A stretch of 64,000 bases of DNA from Bradyrhizobium sp. (GCA_036273255.1 DASUIA010000192.1:8230-72229), one strand, 5' to 3'. Shown: positions 9,526-18,513, counted from the first letter of the stretch. Notes: generated from the letters alone by a model not told the origin. Numbers and translations are program-made.

Positions 9526-10566
9526 ATGAACTGGCTGGCGAAAGCAGCTCGGGACCTCTCGCCGTCCTATTTCGCCTTGGTCATGGCCACAGGGATCGTC
9601 TCGATTGCCTCGGACCGCGAGGGGTTCCCCAGGATTGCCGCAGTCCTTTTGTGGCTGAATGCGGTGCAGTACGTGGTGCTCTGGATTCTCACGTTCTGGC
9701 GGCTCCTGCACTATCGCAAAGACCTGCTTGACGACTTGACCGATCACCAGTCGGGGCCCGGATTTCTATCTGCGGTGGCCGCCACGGGCGTCATAGGAAA
9801 TCAACTGTTACTCGCGGGCGCCTATCACCTCGCCTTGGGGCTCTGGATTTTCGGCATTTTCCTCTGGATCATCCTGACCTACGCGATTTTCGCCAATCTG
9901 ACGATAAAGGAGACCAAGCCGGCGATCGATCAGGGGATTACGGGGGGATGGTTGCTTGCAGTTGTCTCGACGCAATCCATCGCACTCCTGAGCGCGCTGC
10001 TCGCGCGACATTTCGAGCAGCCCCTCCGTCTGCACATCAATTTCCTCGCCCTGTCGACGCTGATGTGGGGCGGCATGGCGTATATCTCGATCATCTCGCT
10101 GATCTTCTATCGCTATATGTTCTTCAAGTTCTCGCCGGCCGATTTCGTGCCTTCGTACTGGATCAACATGGGCGCGATGGCGATCTCGACGCTCGCGGGC
10201 TCGCTGTTGATCGAGAACGCCGCGGATGCGTGGTTTCTCGATGAGCTGCTCCCCTTTCTCAAGGGGTTCACGATCTTCTTTTGGGCGGCCGGAACCTGGT
10301 GGATCCCGATGCTCATCATCCTGGGCGTTTGGCGGCATATCTACAGGAAATTCCCGCTCAGATACGATTCGATCTATTGGAGTGCGGTGTTTCCGCTCGG
10401 CATGTATACCGTCTGCACCTTCGAGATGGCGCACGCCATGAAGCTGGACTTTCTGCTCCCCATTTCTGGCGTGTTCATTTACGTGGCCCTGCTGGCCTGG
10501 GCGACGACGTTCGCTGGGCTCATCAAGAGCCTCGTCAGTAGTCTGATCCCTGTGCTTCGCTCTTAG
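9526..10566 (+). CDS. TDT/SLAC1 (tellurite-resistance/C4-dicarboxylate) family anion transporter
   Basis: PSYFALVMATGIVS, PSYWINMGAMAISTLAG and YWSAVFPLGMY motifs, about 10 TM. Confidence 0.88.
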   Translation: MNWLAKAARDLSPSYFALVMATGIVSIASDREGFPRIAAVLLWLNAVQYVVLWILTFWRLLHYRKDLLDDLTDHQSGPGFLSAVAATGVIGNQLLLAGAYHLALGLWIFGIFLWIILTYAIFANLTIKETKPAIDQGITGGWLLAVVSTQSIALLSALLARHFEQPLRLHINFLALSTLMWGGMAYISIISLIFYRYMFFKFSPADFVPSYWINMGAMAISTLAGSLLIENAADAWFLDELLPFLKGFTIFFWAAGTWWIPMLIILGVWRHIYRKFPLRYDSIYWSAVFPLGMYTVCTFEMAHAMKLDFLLPISGVFIYVALLAWATTFAGLIKSLVSSLIPVLRS

Positions 10567-10587
10567 GGGTTCTTCACCGGCGACGAC

Positions 10588-11517
10588 TCAAGGTGCAAGC
10601 GTTCGAGCAACCCGGAAACCAAGGTATCTCAGCCGGTAGTCCGCGGTGAACCAGTAGCGGCTCGCCGAGCGGAGGAAGGCAGGAGCAAGCAGAAAGGATC
10701 CGCCGCGGACAACACGGCGAAAACAGTTGGCGCCATCGATCCAAGCCGAGCCGTCCGCCGGCGCGCCGCTGTAGGTGTCGTGGTAGCAATCCTCCGTCCA
10801 CTGTCGGACATTGCCCACCATGTCGTAAAGACCGAACCCGTTGGCGGCAAACGAGCCGACCGGCGCGGTTTGCTTGGCGTCCCATTGGCTGCCGCAGGCG
10901 TGGCAGTTGGCATTTTTCGTGCCGACGGAACTCCCCCAGGGATAGGCTGACTGCGTCCCGGCGCGCGTTGCATACTCGTATTCGGCCTCCGAGAGCAGCC
11001 GGTACAACTTGCCGGTCTTTTTGGAAAGCCACGCGGCGTAAGCTTTGGCATCGTCCCAGGAAAGGTTGATGGCCGGTCGGCGGTCACGGCCCCAGCCTTC
11101 ATCGGAGGGCTCGTAGCCATTGCAGGCGCCATCGGCCGCGCACGCATCCCATTCTTCGAAGGTCACGTCAAACCGGCCGACTGCAAATTGTCGAGCAATC
11201 GTGACCATATGTTGCGGGCCTTCTTCGGCGGAGTGGTCGGGTTCGCTGATCGGCGATCCCATCGTGAAGCTCCCGGCTGGCACCACCATCATTTCAGGGC
11301 AATTCGCACATTCCTTGAACTTGTCCTTCGGCTTCAGCGCGCTCTCCTGCATGGGCGATAGCGGGGCGGCCTGAGGCGACGCGGGCGGTGATGGCGTCAC
11401 CTGGGCAGGCGTAGTCTGGGCGGCGTCCCCGGGCGCTGGCGTCATGGTGAGCCATAAGGTGATTGCGGAGGCGAGCACGCACAGCCCAACCAACGATCTA
11501 AGCCCTGACTTCTTCAT
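10588..11517 (-). CDS. Secreted formylglycine-generating-enzyme (FGE-sulfatase/NirV-like) domain protein
   Basis: Signal peptide, Pro-rich linker, CPEMMVVPAGSFTMGS, RLLSEAEYEYA, NGFGLYDMVGNV, RVVRGGS, GFRVAR. Confidence 0.88.
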   Translation of the reverse strand: MKKSGLRSLVGLCVLASAITLWLTMTPAPGDAAQTTPAQVTPSPPASPQAAPLSPMQESALKPKDKFKECANCPEMMVVPAGSFTMGSPISEPDHSAEEGPQHMVTIARQFAVGRFDVTFEEWDACAADGACNGYEPSDEGWGRDRRPAINLSWDDAKAYAAWLSKKTGKLYRLLSEAEYEYATRAGTQSAYPWGSSVGTKNANCHACGSQWDAKQTAPVGSFAANGFGLYDMVGNVRQWTEDCYHDTYSGAPADGSAWIDGANCFRRVVRGGSFLLAPAFLRSASRYWFTADYRLRYLGFRVARTLAP

Positions 11518-12840
11518 CTAACCGTCGATCTTGCCGGGTTTGGCGCTGGCAATGTTCGAATAGACTGGCATCGTATCGATGGCGTCACCCGAAGGTTTGG
11601 TTTCAACGTGCGCTTTGGCAGACCCGAAGCCGACGCGCGAAAGTGAGATGTAGAGCGCGGCAACGTTCATCAGCGCCCAGATGGCAAAGCCGAAGGTGTA
11701 GCCGCCCAGAAGTTGCTTGCTGGCGGCCAGGGTGACGGTCATGGTGAAACCGCAGGCCGCGCCGGCAGCCTTGGCCAACCCGCTGACCGCGCCGACGTGC
11801 CGGGGGAAGTAGACCGGGATCAGCTTGATGACCGCTGCGGCGGCGGCGCCGGACAGCAGCGCCAGCCCGTAAATGGCGAACAGCTCGACGTGCAGTGAAA
11901 TCTGCATGGCCATGACCAAGGCCAGAACGACCATGATGCCGAACATTCGGCCCAGGATTCTCAGGGCATCGAAACGGTCAGCCAGCCAGCCGCCCAGTGG
12001 CCGGGTGATAGCGACGCAGACCACCAGCGGCGGAACGTACACCATGGACGCGCGGACGGCATCCACATGCCATTGGTCGACCAGATAGATCGGCATCGCC
12101 GACGCGAAGAAGGTGAGGGTGCCGAAGGATACCCAGTAAAGGTAGGGCACCAGCCAGACAACCGCGCCCGAACGGTACACGGCCATGATTTCACGCACCG
12201 AAACGCCTTTGTGCTGCTGGTACGGCGAGTCGGACGTAAAAAACCAGTAAACCGCCGCCATCAACAGTGTAGCAACGGCGAAGATCGGAAATATCAGGCG
12301 CCAGCCGTCCGGGCCCACCAGGACGCGGGTAATCAGGAAAGTAACGGTCATCATGCCGACGGTGATTCCGATATTGCCCAAACCAAAAATGCCGAGGGCT
12401 GTACCCTGCTTCGATTTGGGATACCAGGACGCGACATGAGCGTTGCCGACCACGAAGCTCGCACCTCCGAGGCCGAGCAGCGACCCCAGGACCAGGAAGG
12501 AGTAGTAGCCGTGGGCGAAGATCCCGGAGAAAAGGGGAATGGTGACGGTCAAAAGCAAGGCCGTGAAAACTCTCCGGCCGCCGAACTTGTCCGTCAAGAT
12601 GCCGAGCGGGATGCTGACGGCGGCCGCAAAAAAGGGCTCCATCGCAGCCAGGACCAGCACTTGGGTGGCGCTGAAATCGTACCACTTGATCAGAAACGGG
12701 GCGAGCGCGGAAAACATTCCCCAAACCGCAAAGCCCAGCGAAAACGCCAGCGACGATATCCACAAAACTCTGGGGTTGCCCGGTGGATCGGCCGTCACAT
12801 CGACTTCCACGATGGGAATTTTAGCCTCGACAACCGGCAC
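11518..12840 (-). CDS. narK: NarK/NNP-family MFS nitrate/nitrite transporter (divergent)
   Basis: IPLGILTDKFGGR, GLGGASF..WYPKSKQGTALGIFGLGNIG, TRPLGGWLADR; GTG 12840 follows AGGAG (alternative TTG 12867). Confidence 0.82.
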   Translation of the reverse strand: MPVVEAKIPIVEVDVTADPPGNPRVLWISSLAFSLGFAVWGMFSALAPFLIKWYDFSATQVLVLAAMEPFFAAAVSIPLGILTDKFGGRRVFTALLLTVTIPLFSGIFAHGYYSFLVLGSLLGLGGASFVVGNAHVASWYPKSKQGTALGIFGLGNIGITVGMMTVTFLITRVLVGPDGWRLIFPIFAVATLLMAAVYWFFTSDSPYQQHKGVSVREIMAVYRSGAVVWLVPYLYWVSFGTLTFFASAMPIYLVDQWHVDAVRASMVYVPPLVVCVAITRPLGGWLADRFDALRILGRMFGIMVVLALVMAMQISLHVELFAIYGLALLSGAAAAAVIKLIPVYFPRHVGAVSGLAKAAGAACGFTMTVTLAASKQLLGGYTFGFAIWALMNVAALYISLSRVGFGSAKAHVETKPSGDAIDTMPVYSNIASAKPGKIDG

Positions 12841-13008
12841 GGCCGCTCCTGGAAATGACAAATCCAACTATCTCAGATGTCCGCTGGTCGCGCTTGCGCA
12901 GCGGATAAAGCTTCGCTTCCTCATTCTCGTCGTGAGGGGCCGCGCGCCCGTCATCCGACCAACGCAGCTTCAGCGCCGCCTTCGACCGAAGCAAACGGCC
13001 GCCGCCAC

Positions 13009-13086
13009 ATTATATACTATTGTTGTACGACTTTAGGCAATGCAAGCGCAGCGCACAAGAAAAGATATAAAAAATATTCATGTAAA
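13009..13086 (-). promoter_or_regulatory. AT-rich narK promoter region with degenerate NsrR-like site (13064-13082)
   Basis: Minus strand TTGCCT...TATATAAT; plus strand GATATAA-AAAAT-ATTCATG. Confidence 0.35.
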
Positions 13087-13235
13087 AGCCGCGACATCGC
13101 CGCGGCCTATCAAAGAGCTCTTGGCTAGACGGCGGCGACCTGCCCTGAGTCAGGTCAGGCAGGTCGGAACCGGCGTCAAGAAGCTAGATTTACGCAGAAG
13201 GCAGCGCGCTGTATCCCAACGATGGAGGTGAGCCG

Positions 13236-14054
13236 CTATTCCTTCTGCAAAGTATGGGTGAAGTACCAGAGGGTGCCGTTTAGCACCATCGCACCCAGGA
13301 TGTTGCCGATGGTGACCGGAATCTGATTCCACACCCACCAGTCGTAGAGGCTCACGTTGGCACCCGAAAGGATACCGGTCGGGATGAGCCACATGTTGAC
13401 CACGGTGTGCTCGAAGCCCAGCGCAAAGAACATCCCGACCGGTATCCACATCAGAAGCAGCCGGCCTACGGTGCTGCGCGTGGACTTGGACATGACCGAC
13501 CCGAGGCTAACCAGCCAATTGCACAGCACACCCATGCCGATGGCGGCGAACCAGCCAATGACGCCGTACTGGCTATACGCGACCTTGTGCTCGGCGGTGT
13601 GGGCAATGACGGTGAGCAGGGCGTTCGGCTTGACGGCCCCCCCGTAGGTGAACGAGAACCAGAGCAGCCAGGCGAAGAATATGCCTCCGAGCAGGTTGCC
13701 CGCCAGCGTCAGGATCCAGTTGCGAACCAACTGCCCCGGCGTGACCGTTCCGGCGTACATGCCGATCGGCATCGTCGCGAAACTGCCGGTTGCCATCTCA
13801 AGGCCGAGGAAGCTCAGCGTGACGTAGCCAGCCGGGAAGATAAGTCCGGCCGCGCCGAGCGGTATGCCAGCGGCGACCATGGCGAATACCACACAGGCCC
13901 CATAGGCCAGAAAGGGCGTGCATAAAAAGCCGCGAATGATGAGGTGAATGGCGCCGAATTTAGCTTTCTTGGCGGCATCGGCAGCCAGCGCAGCTCCCAT
14001 CTCCGCTGGCGGCACCGTCTCAAGTACAATGCCGTAACCCGTAGAATCGGCCAT
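13236..14054 (-). CDS. Formate/nitrite transporter (FNT, NirC/FocA family)
   Basis: GLEMATG, GNLLGG, GVLCNWLVSL, GFEHTVVNM, PVTIGNILG motifs; AGGAGG SD. Confidence 0.92.
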   Translation of the reverse strand: MADSTGYGIVLETVPPAEMGAALAADAAKKAKFGAIHLIIRGFLCTPFLAYGACVVFAMVAAGIPLGAAGLIFPAGYVTLSFLGLEMATGSFATMPIGMYAGTVTPGQLVRNWILTLAGNLLGGIFFAWLLWFSFTYGGAVKPNALLTVIAHTAEHKVAYSQYGVIGWFAAIGMGVLCNWLVSLGSVMSKSTRSTVGRLLLMWIPVGMFFALGFEHTVVNMWLIPTGILSGANVSLYDWWVWNQIPVTIGNILGAMVLNGTLWYFTHTLQKE

Positions 14055-14120
14055 CTCGACCCCCCTCCTTGATCTGCTCCGATCACGGCCGGTGTGGCGG
14101 TGTCGGCGCGCACAATCCTC

Positions 14121-14141
14121 ACATGCATATCAGATGCATGT
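14121..14141. promoter_or_regulatory. NsrR-like operator upstream of FNT gene
   Basis: Perfect inverted repeat ACATGCAT-ATCAG-ATGCATGT, i.e. ATGCAT-N5-ATGCAT core, 67 bp upstream of the start. Confidence 0.6.
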
Positions 14142-14322
14142 TTGTCGTGCAATGGTGCGGCCTGATGCCGGCTGCTGGGGCGCGCAGTTTTGCACCACGA
14201 TGTGATCTTAGATGGAACTCCATTGCGGGCAGCGATCCAAAGGTCGGGGCGGCAAACTCCGCCGTCGATCAGATCGTCGAGGACGCTGCAGCAGCTCGCT
14301 CTCCCGGCAGATGCGCGGATCG

Positions 14323-17300
14323 TTATTTTGTCAAAGACGCAATCTGTTCGTTGAACCAGCCCAGATCCTTCTTCCAGCCGGCATGGTCGGGCGAGAGCTT
14401 GACCACCTTCTTCATGACGGATTGCCCCTGCCGCAGCGCAGCAAGCGCATTGTCGGGATCATCGGATCGACGATAGACGTCGGCAAGATGCGCGTTGCTC
14501 ACCGCAAGACCGCGCTGCCAGTCGGGATCGCCTGGATGGGCGCGGGCCAGCCGATCCGCAATCGCCACCCCTTCGCGGAACGATTTCAGCGCCTCGGGCA
14601 GGTTGCCCTGCGCCTCCAGCACGCCGCCGATCCGATCGTACGACACCGACAGATCGCGCTGCCACCCGGCGTTGCCGGGGTCGGAGCGCGCCAGCCGGTC
14701 TCTGATCGCCAGTCCGTCGCGGAAGGATTTCAGCGCCTCAGGCAGATTGCCCTGCGCCACCAGGACGTCGCCGACACAATCGTACGACACCGAAAGGCCG
14801 CGCTGCCAGCCGACGTTGCCGGGGTCGGAACGCGCCAGCCGGTCTCTGATCGCCAGCCCGTCGCGGAAGGATTTCAGCGCCTCGGGCAGATTGCCCTGGT
14901 CCTCCAGGACGTCGCCGACCTTTTCGTACGACACCGACAGATCGCGCTGCCAGCCGGCGTTGCCGGGATCGGCGCGCGCCAGCTTTTCGGCGATCGCGAG
15001 CTGGTCGCGGAAGGATTTCAGCGCCGCGTTCAGATCGCCTTGCGACATCAGCACGTCGCCGATACGATCGTGCGACACCGAAAGATCGCGTTGCCAGGCT
15101 GCGTTGTCGGGGTCGGCACGCGCCAGCCGTTCGGCAACCGCGAGCTGTTCGCCGAAGGATTTCAAGGCCTCGGGCAGATCACCCTGCGCCACCAGGACGT
15201 CGCCGACACGATCGTACGACACCGACAGACCGCGCTGCCAGCCGGGGTTGTCGGGGTCGTTCTGCGCCAGCCGCTCTCTGATCGCCAGTCCGTCGCGGAA
15301 GGATTCCAGCGCCTCGGACAGATTGCCCTGCGCCACCAGGACGTCGCCAACACGATCGTAAGACACCGACAGGTCGCGTTGCCAGCCGGCATTGTCGGAG
15401 TCCGCGCGTGCCAGCCGTTTGGCAATCGCGAGCTGGTCGCGGAAGGATTTCAGGGCCTCGGGCAGGTCGCCCTGTGCCATCAGGACGTCGCCAACCATTT
15501 CGTGCGACATCGACAGATCGCGCTGCCATCCGTCGTTGTCGAGGTCGGTCTGCGCCAGCCGGTCTCTGATCGCCAGTCCGTCGCGGACGGATTTCAGCGC
15601 CTCGGGGAGATTGCCCTGCGCCACCAGCACGCCGCCGACCTTTTCGTGCGACATCGACAGATCGCGCTGCCGGCCGGCATTGCCAGGATCGGCGCGCACC
15701 AGCCGGTCCTTGATCGCCAGGGCGTCGCGGAAGGATTTCAGCGCCTCGGGGAGATTGCCCTGCGCCATCAGCACGTCGCCGACCCGATCGTGCAACACCG
15801 CCAGGTCACGTTGCCAGCCGGCGTTGCCGGGATCGGTGCGAAGCATTCGCTGGAATGCTCGTTCGATCGAGTTCAAGACGATCAAGCGGGCGTCAAGAGG
15901 GGCGTGGTGTTCAACAGCGTCGCCGAGATTGAAGAGGAAACGTTCTGCCAGAAGTGCGCAGACAGAATCATCGGCAGTGTCAAGCAAACGACCCAGGTCT
16001 CGCGCTGCACTCGCCGCAGTGCCGGCCGCAGGCGCAATGATGGCATCGGCCAGCGCGCGCGTCGCGCCCTGCGTCTCTGCCTCGCTCAACGACGAATCGC
16101 CATAGTATCGGCCAGCGCGGATGTCGTCCTTGCTCGCCAGCAGGTGCACCATGGTTTCAGTCGCGCGCAGCGGGTCGTCCGACGCCAGCGTCAGAAGGTG
16201 ATCGGCGATCAACAGATGCAGTTGCGGCTCCGACAGACGCAGCGCCGCGAGACGTGAGCGGGCGGCAGCCCGCATCTGGACGTGGTTGAAATCCCATTGC
16301 GCGAGATCGCCACGCGGGCTCATCTGGCCGCGCAACAGGCGACGCAGTGCGGCGAAGCGCTGCTCGTCCCAGGGTTCACCGCTTACCAGCGGCAACAATC
16401 GTTGAAAATCGCTCTCGCGCCATCCCGCCCGGCTAACGACAATGAGGCCGAGAAACGCCTGCACAGTGGCGGCGCCGAACAGTTCCGCCGCGCGATCGAA
16501 CGTCGCGCGATAGAGGCGCAGAATATCCGCAGGCATGGCTTCGACGCTGTCGAGCATCGAATTTCGGAGGCGGGCAAGGTCATCGGCGTCGAGCAGGTTG
16601 AGTTCCTCGACGGCGAGAACCAGCCACAACGGATTGCCCGACGCGGGCTCGCCTGCATGTTTTTTCGCGAGCAGCGCATCGATCACCGGCGGCTCGAGCT
16701 TGCGTTGATGGCTGTCGCCCATGCCGTCGATGATGCCGCGCGCCTCTGCCGCGTCCAGCGGCGCCAGCGATAACGCTTCCACGCCTGGACGCTCAGCCAG
16801 CATTTTGGAGGCGCCGCCGGCAATGGCTGTCGCGACAAGCCGCGCGTTGGCCGGCCACGGTCGAGGCAGACAGGTTGCAAACCTTCCGCGCGCGGTCTTT
16901 TTGAACTGGTCGAGCGCGTCGATCAGGACGACGACGCGCCGCTGTGACGCCATTCGCCCGAGCAGCGAGGCAAAGGTCATATCGAGTATCTTGGGGTCGA
17001 CATTCTCGGCGAGGTCAACCTCGCCGGCGCCGAGCGCACTGCCGAGTTCGTTGATCCAACGCCGCAGCATCGCATCGACCGAGGATGCCCGCGGGCCGTC
17101 GCCGGCGGCGTGCGCCAGAACGAAAGCGTCGGATTCCTTCATGCGGCGAAGAATCTCGCCCAACAGCGCACTCTTGCCCGAACCCGGCTCGCCGGTGACG
17201 CAGACGCCCCACGGCGCGCCCTCTTTCACGATGGAGCGACAGAGACTGGTCAGACGCTCAATGACCGTCTGCCTGCCGACGTAGTCGCGGGCGAACGTGC

Positions 17301-17331
17301 TGCTAGTGTATTCCGGACGCAATTGCGACAT
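14323..17331 (-). CDS. STAND/NACHT-like P-loop NTPase with C-terminal TPR array
   Basis: Walker A GEPGSGKS, Walker B VVVLIDALD, GNPLWL motif, ten 48-aa TPR-like repeats. Confidence 0.85.
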   Translation of the reverse strand: MSQLRPEYTSSTFARDYVGRQTVIERLTSLCRSIVKEGAPWGVCVTGEPGSGKSALLGEILRRMKESDAFVLAHAAGDGPRASSVDAMLRRWINELGSALGAGEVDLAENVDPKILDMTFASLLGRMASQRRVVVLIDALDQFKKTARGRFATCLPRPWPANARLVATAIAGGASKMLAERPGVEALSLAPLDAAEARGIIDGMGDSHQRKLEPPVIDALLAKKHAGEPASGNPLWLVLAVEELNLLDADDLARLRNSMLDSVEAMPADILRLYRATFDRAAELFGAATVQAFLGLIVVSRAGWRESDFQRLLPLVSGEPWDEQRFAALRRLLRGQMSPRGDLAQWDFNHVQMRAAARSRLAALRLSEPQLHLLIADHLLTLASDDPLRATETMVHLLASKDDIRAGRYYGDSSLSEAETQGATRALADAIIAPAAGTAASAARDLGRLLDTADDSVCALLAERFLFNLGDAVEHHAPLDARLIVLNSIERAFQRMLRTDPGNAGWQRDLAVLHDRVGDVLMAQGNLPEALKSFRDALAIKDRLVRADPGNAGRQRDLSMSHEKVGGVLVAQGNLPEALKSVRDGLAIRDRLAQTDLDNDGWQRDLSMSHEMVGDVLMAQGDLPEALKSFRDQLAIAKRLARADSDNAGWQRDLSVSYDRVGDVLVAQGNLSEALESFRDGLAIRERLAQNDPDNPGWQRGLSVSYDRVGDVLVAQGDLPEALKSFGEQLAVAERLARADPDNAAWQRDLSVSHDRIGDVLMSQGDLNAALKSFRDQLAIAEKLARADPGNAGWQRDLSVSYEKVGDVLEDQGNLPEALKSFRDGLAIRDRLARSDPGNVGWQRGLSVSYDCVGDVLVAQGNLPEALKSFRDGLAIRDRLARSDPGNAGWQRDLSVSYDRIGGVLEAQGNLPEALKSFREGVAIADRLARAHPGDPDWQRGLAVSNAHLADVYRRSDDPDNALAALRQGQSVMKKVVKLSPDHAGWKKDLGWFNEQIASLTK
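14395..15834 (-). repeat. Intragenic 144-bp tandem repeat x10 (TPR-like units)
   Basis: Consensus DPGNAGWQRDLSVSYDRVGDVLVAQGNLPEALKSFRDGLAIRDRLARA; nine conserved units plus one capping unit. Confidence 0.9.
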
Positions 17332-17462
17332 CGTAGGACCTCACCGAACGGCTGATTTCATAGCATCGTCATGGAGATTGGACAAATCCGGCAGCTTTGT
17401 CGCGAGGTTGCAACAAGCACGCCGCTCACGGCGAATCCGCAACGGGCTGAACCGCTCGAGTG

Positions 17463-17750
17463 TTAAGTCTGCGTTCCCCTCGTTATTGCTCCATCGAGCA
17501 ATTTTTCCGCGTTTTCGACCGCCTGCCTCAAGGTTTCCGCCTCTTCCTCGAAGGACATTCCGGTCATCGTGGAGTTTTTCAGAGCGCGGATGCAGTTGTC
17601 GCGGAGAATGGCAAGGGAAATATCATCAAGGGGATATCCGCTGCGGACATGCTTGATGAGTTGGGCTGCAAAATCCTGAAACGCGAGCGCGATCATGCCA
17701 GCCTGGGTGGCGCTGCGGTTCGCATTTTGGAGGATTTGTTTATCATCCAT
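17463..17750 (-). CDS. Small helical hypothetical protein
   Basis: 95-aa ORF with natural composition and purine-rich leader, same strand as neighbours. Confidence 0.6.
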   Translation of the reverse strand: MDDKQILQNANRSATQAGMIALAFQDFAAQLIKHVRSGYPLDDISLAILRDNCIRALKNSTMTGMSFEEEAETLRQAVENAEKLLDGAITRGTQT

Positions 17751-17892
17751 CGCTTCTCTTCATCTGTTTGCGCCAAGGGAGCAAGGCGCGCGCTTGCAAG
17801 GCACAGGTCCGGTCGGAGGAACATGGGCCCTGCAGCAAGCGCTACCACTTTTGCGTTCCTCGAAACAGACCCATCGGGCACCCGCCGGTTCA

Positions 17893-18513
17893 TCAGTCGC
17901 CATATGCTAGCACGGATGATGGCCGAAGCTGGAATCGATGTTGAGCTCCGCGTTCAACAGCGTTCCGGCACCAAGCCGTCATGGCTTCGATGTCGGGCTC
18001 CAGACCGGTGGCTGAACCCCCGACGAATGCGAGAAAGTCGCGAAGATTTTGGGTGGAGACACCGATCAACAGAGGGGTTTCGGCAATCAGGGCCTCGGCA
18101 AGGACCCCCCGCAGTCCCCGGCCACTCGCTTCTTCCTTGCCAAACTTGTTGACGATCAGCAGATCGACACGTTCGAGGACCGCACGCTCGATCCATGCGT
18201 CGATGCGTGCGAAAGCGTCCGGATCGAGACGGCAACCCCTCGCTTGGTCACCACGGTCCAACGAGATCTTTATTTCGCCGCCGCCGAGTAGGTCCCTCAC
18301 ATACATATCGCACCGACGTCGACCGGGCCGGGGCGCATTTGACTGGACAACGCCGCCCAGCCGGTAGCCTGCGGCGCCCAGGCCGGCTGCGCATCGGGCT
18401 ATGAGAGCATCCCTGACAAGACCGTCATCATAGGCCACCACCCCGATCTGGCTCAGGCCGGGGTTGGCATGCTCGGCGGGGTCTGGTGGAGCATGCTCAT
18501 GGCGCCACTCCAT
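17893..18513 (-). CDS. DUF2478 family protein (P-loop-like, often near Mo/nitrate reductase genes)
   Basis: RLGGVVQ, RCDM, ISLDRGDQARGCRLDP, DLLIVNKFGKEEASGRG; GGAGGAG SD. Confidence 0.85.
   Translation of the reverse strand: MEWRHEHAPPDPAEHANPGLSQIGVVAYDDGLVRDALIARCAAGLGAAGYRLGGVVQSNAPRPGRRRCDMYVRDLLGGGEIKISLDRGDQARGCRLDPDAFARIDAWIERAVLERVDLLIVNKFGKEEASGRGLRGVLAEALIAETPLLIGVSTQNLRDFLAFVGGSATGLEPDIEAMTAWCRNAVERGAQHRFQLRPSSVLAYGD

Noticed and set aside
14395-15834. CRISPR array or DGR template
   Set aside because: Units are contiguous 144-bp coding repeats without spacers; no cas or reverse transcriptase gene in the window
14212-16257. 681-aa repetitive plus-strand ORF
   Set aside because: Antisense shadow of the TPR array; stop-free because of GC bias and repetition
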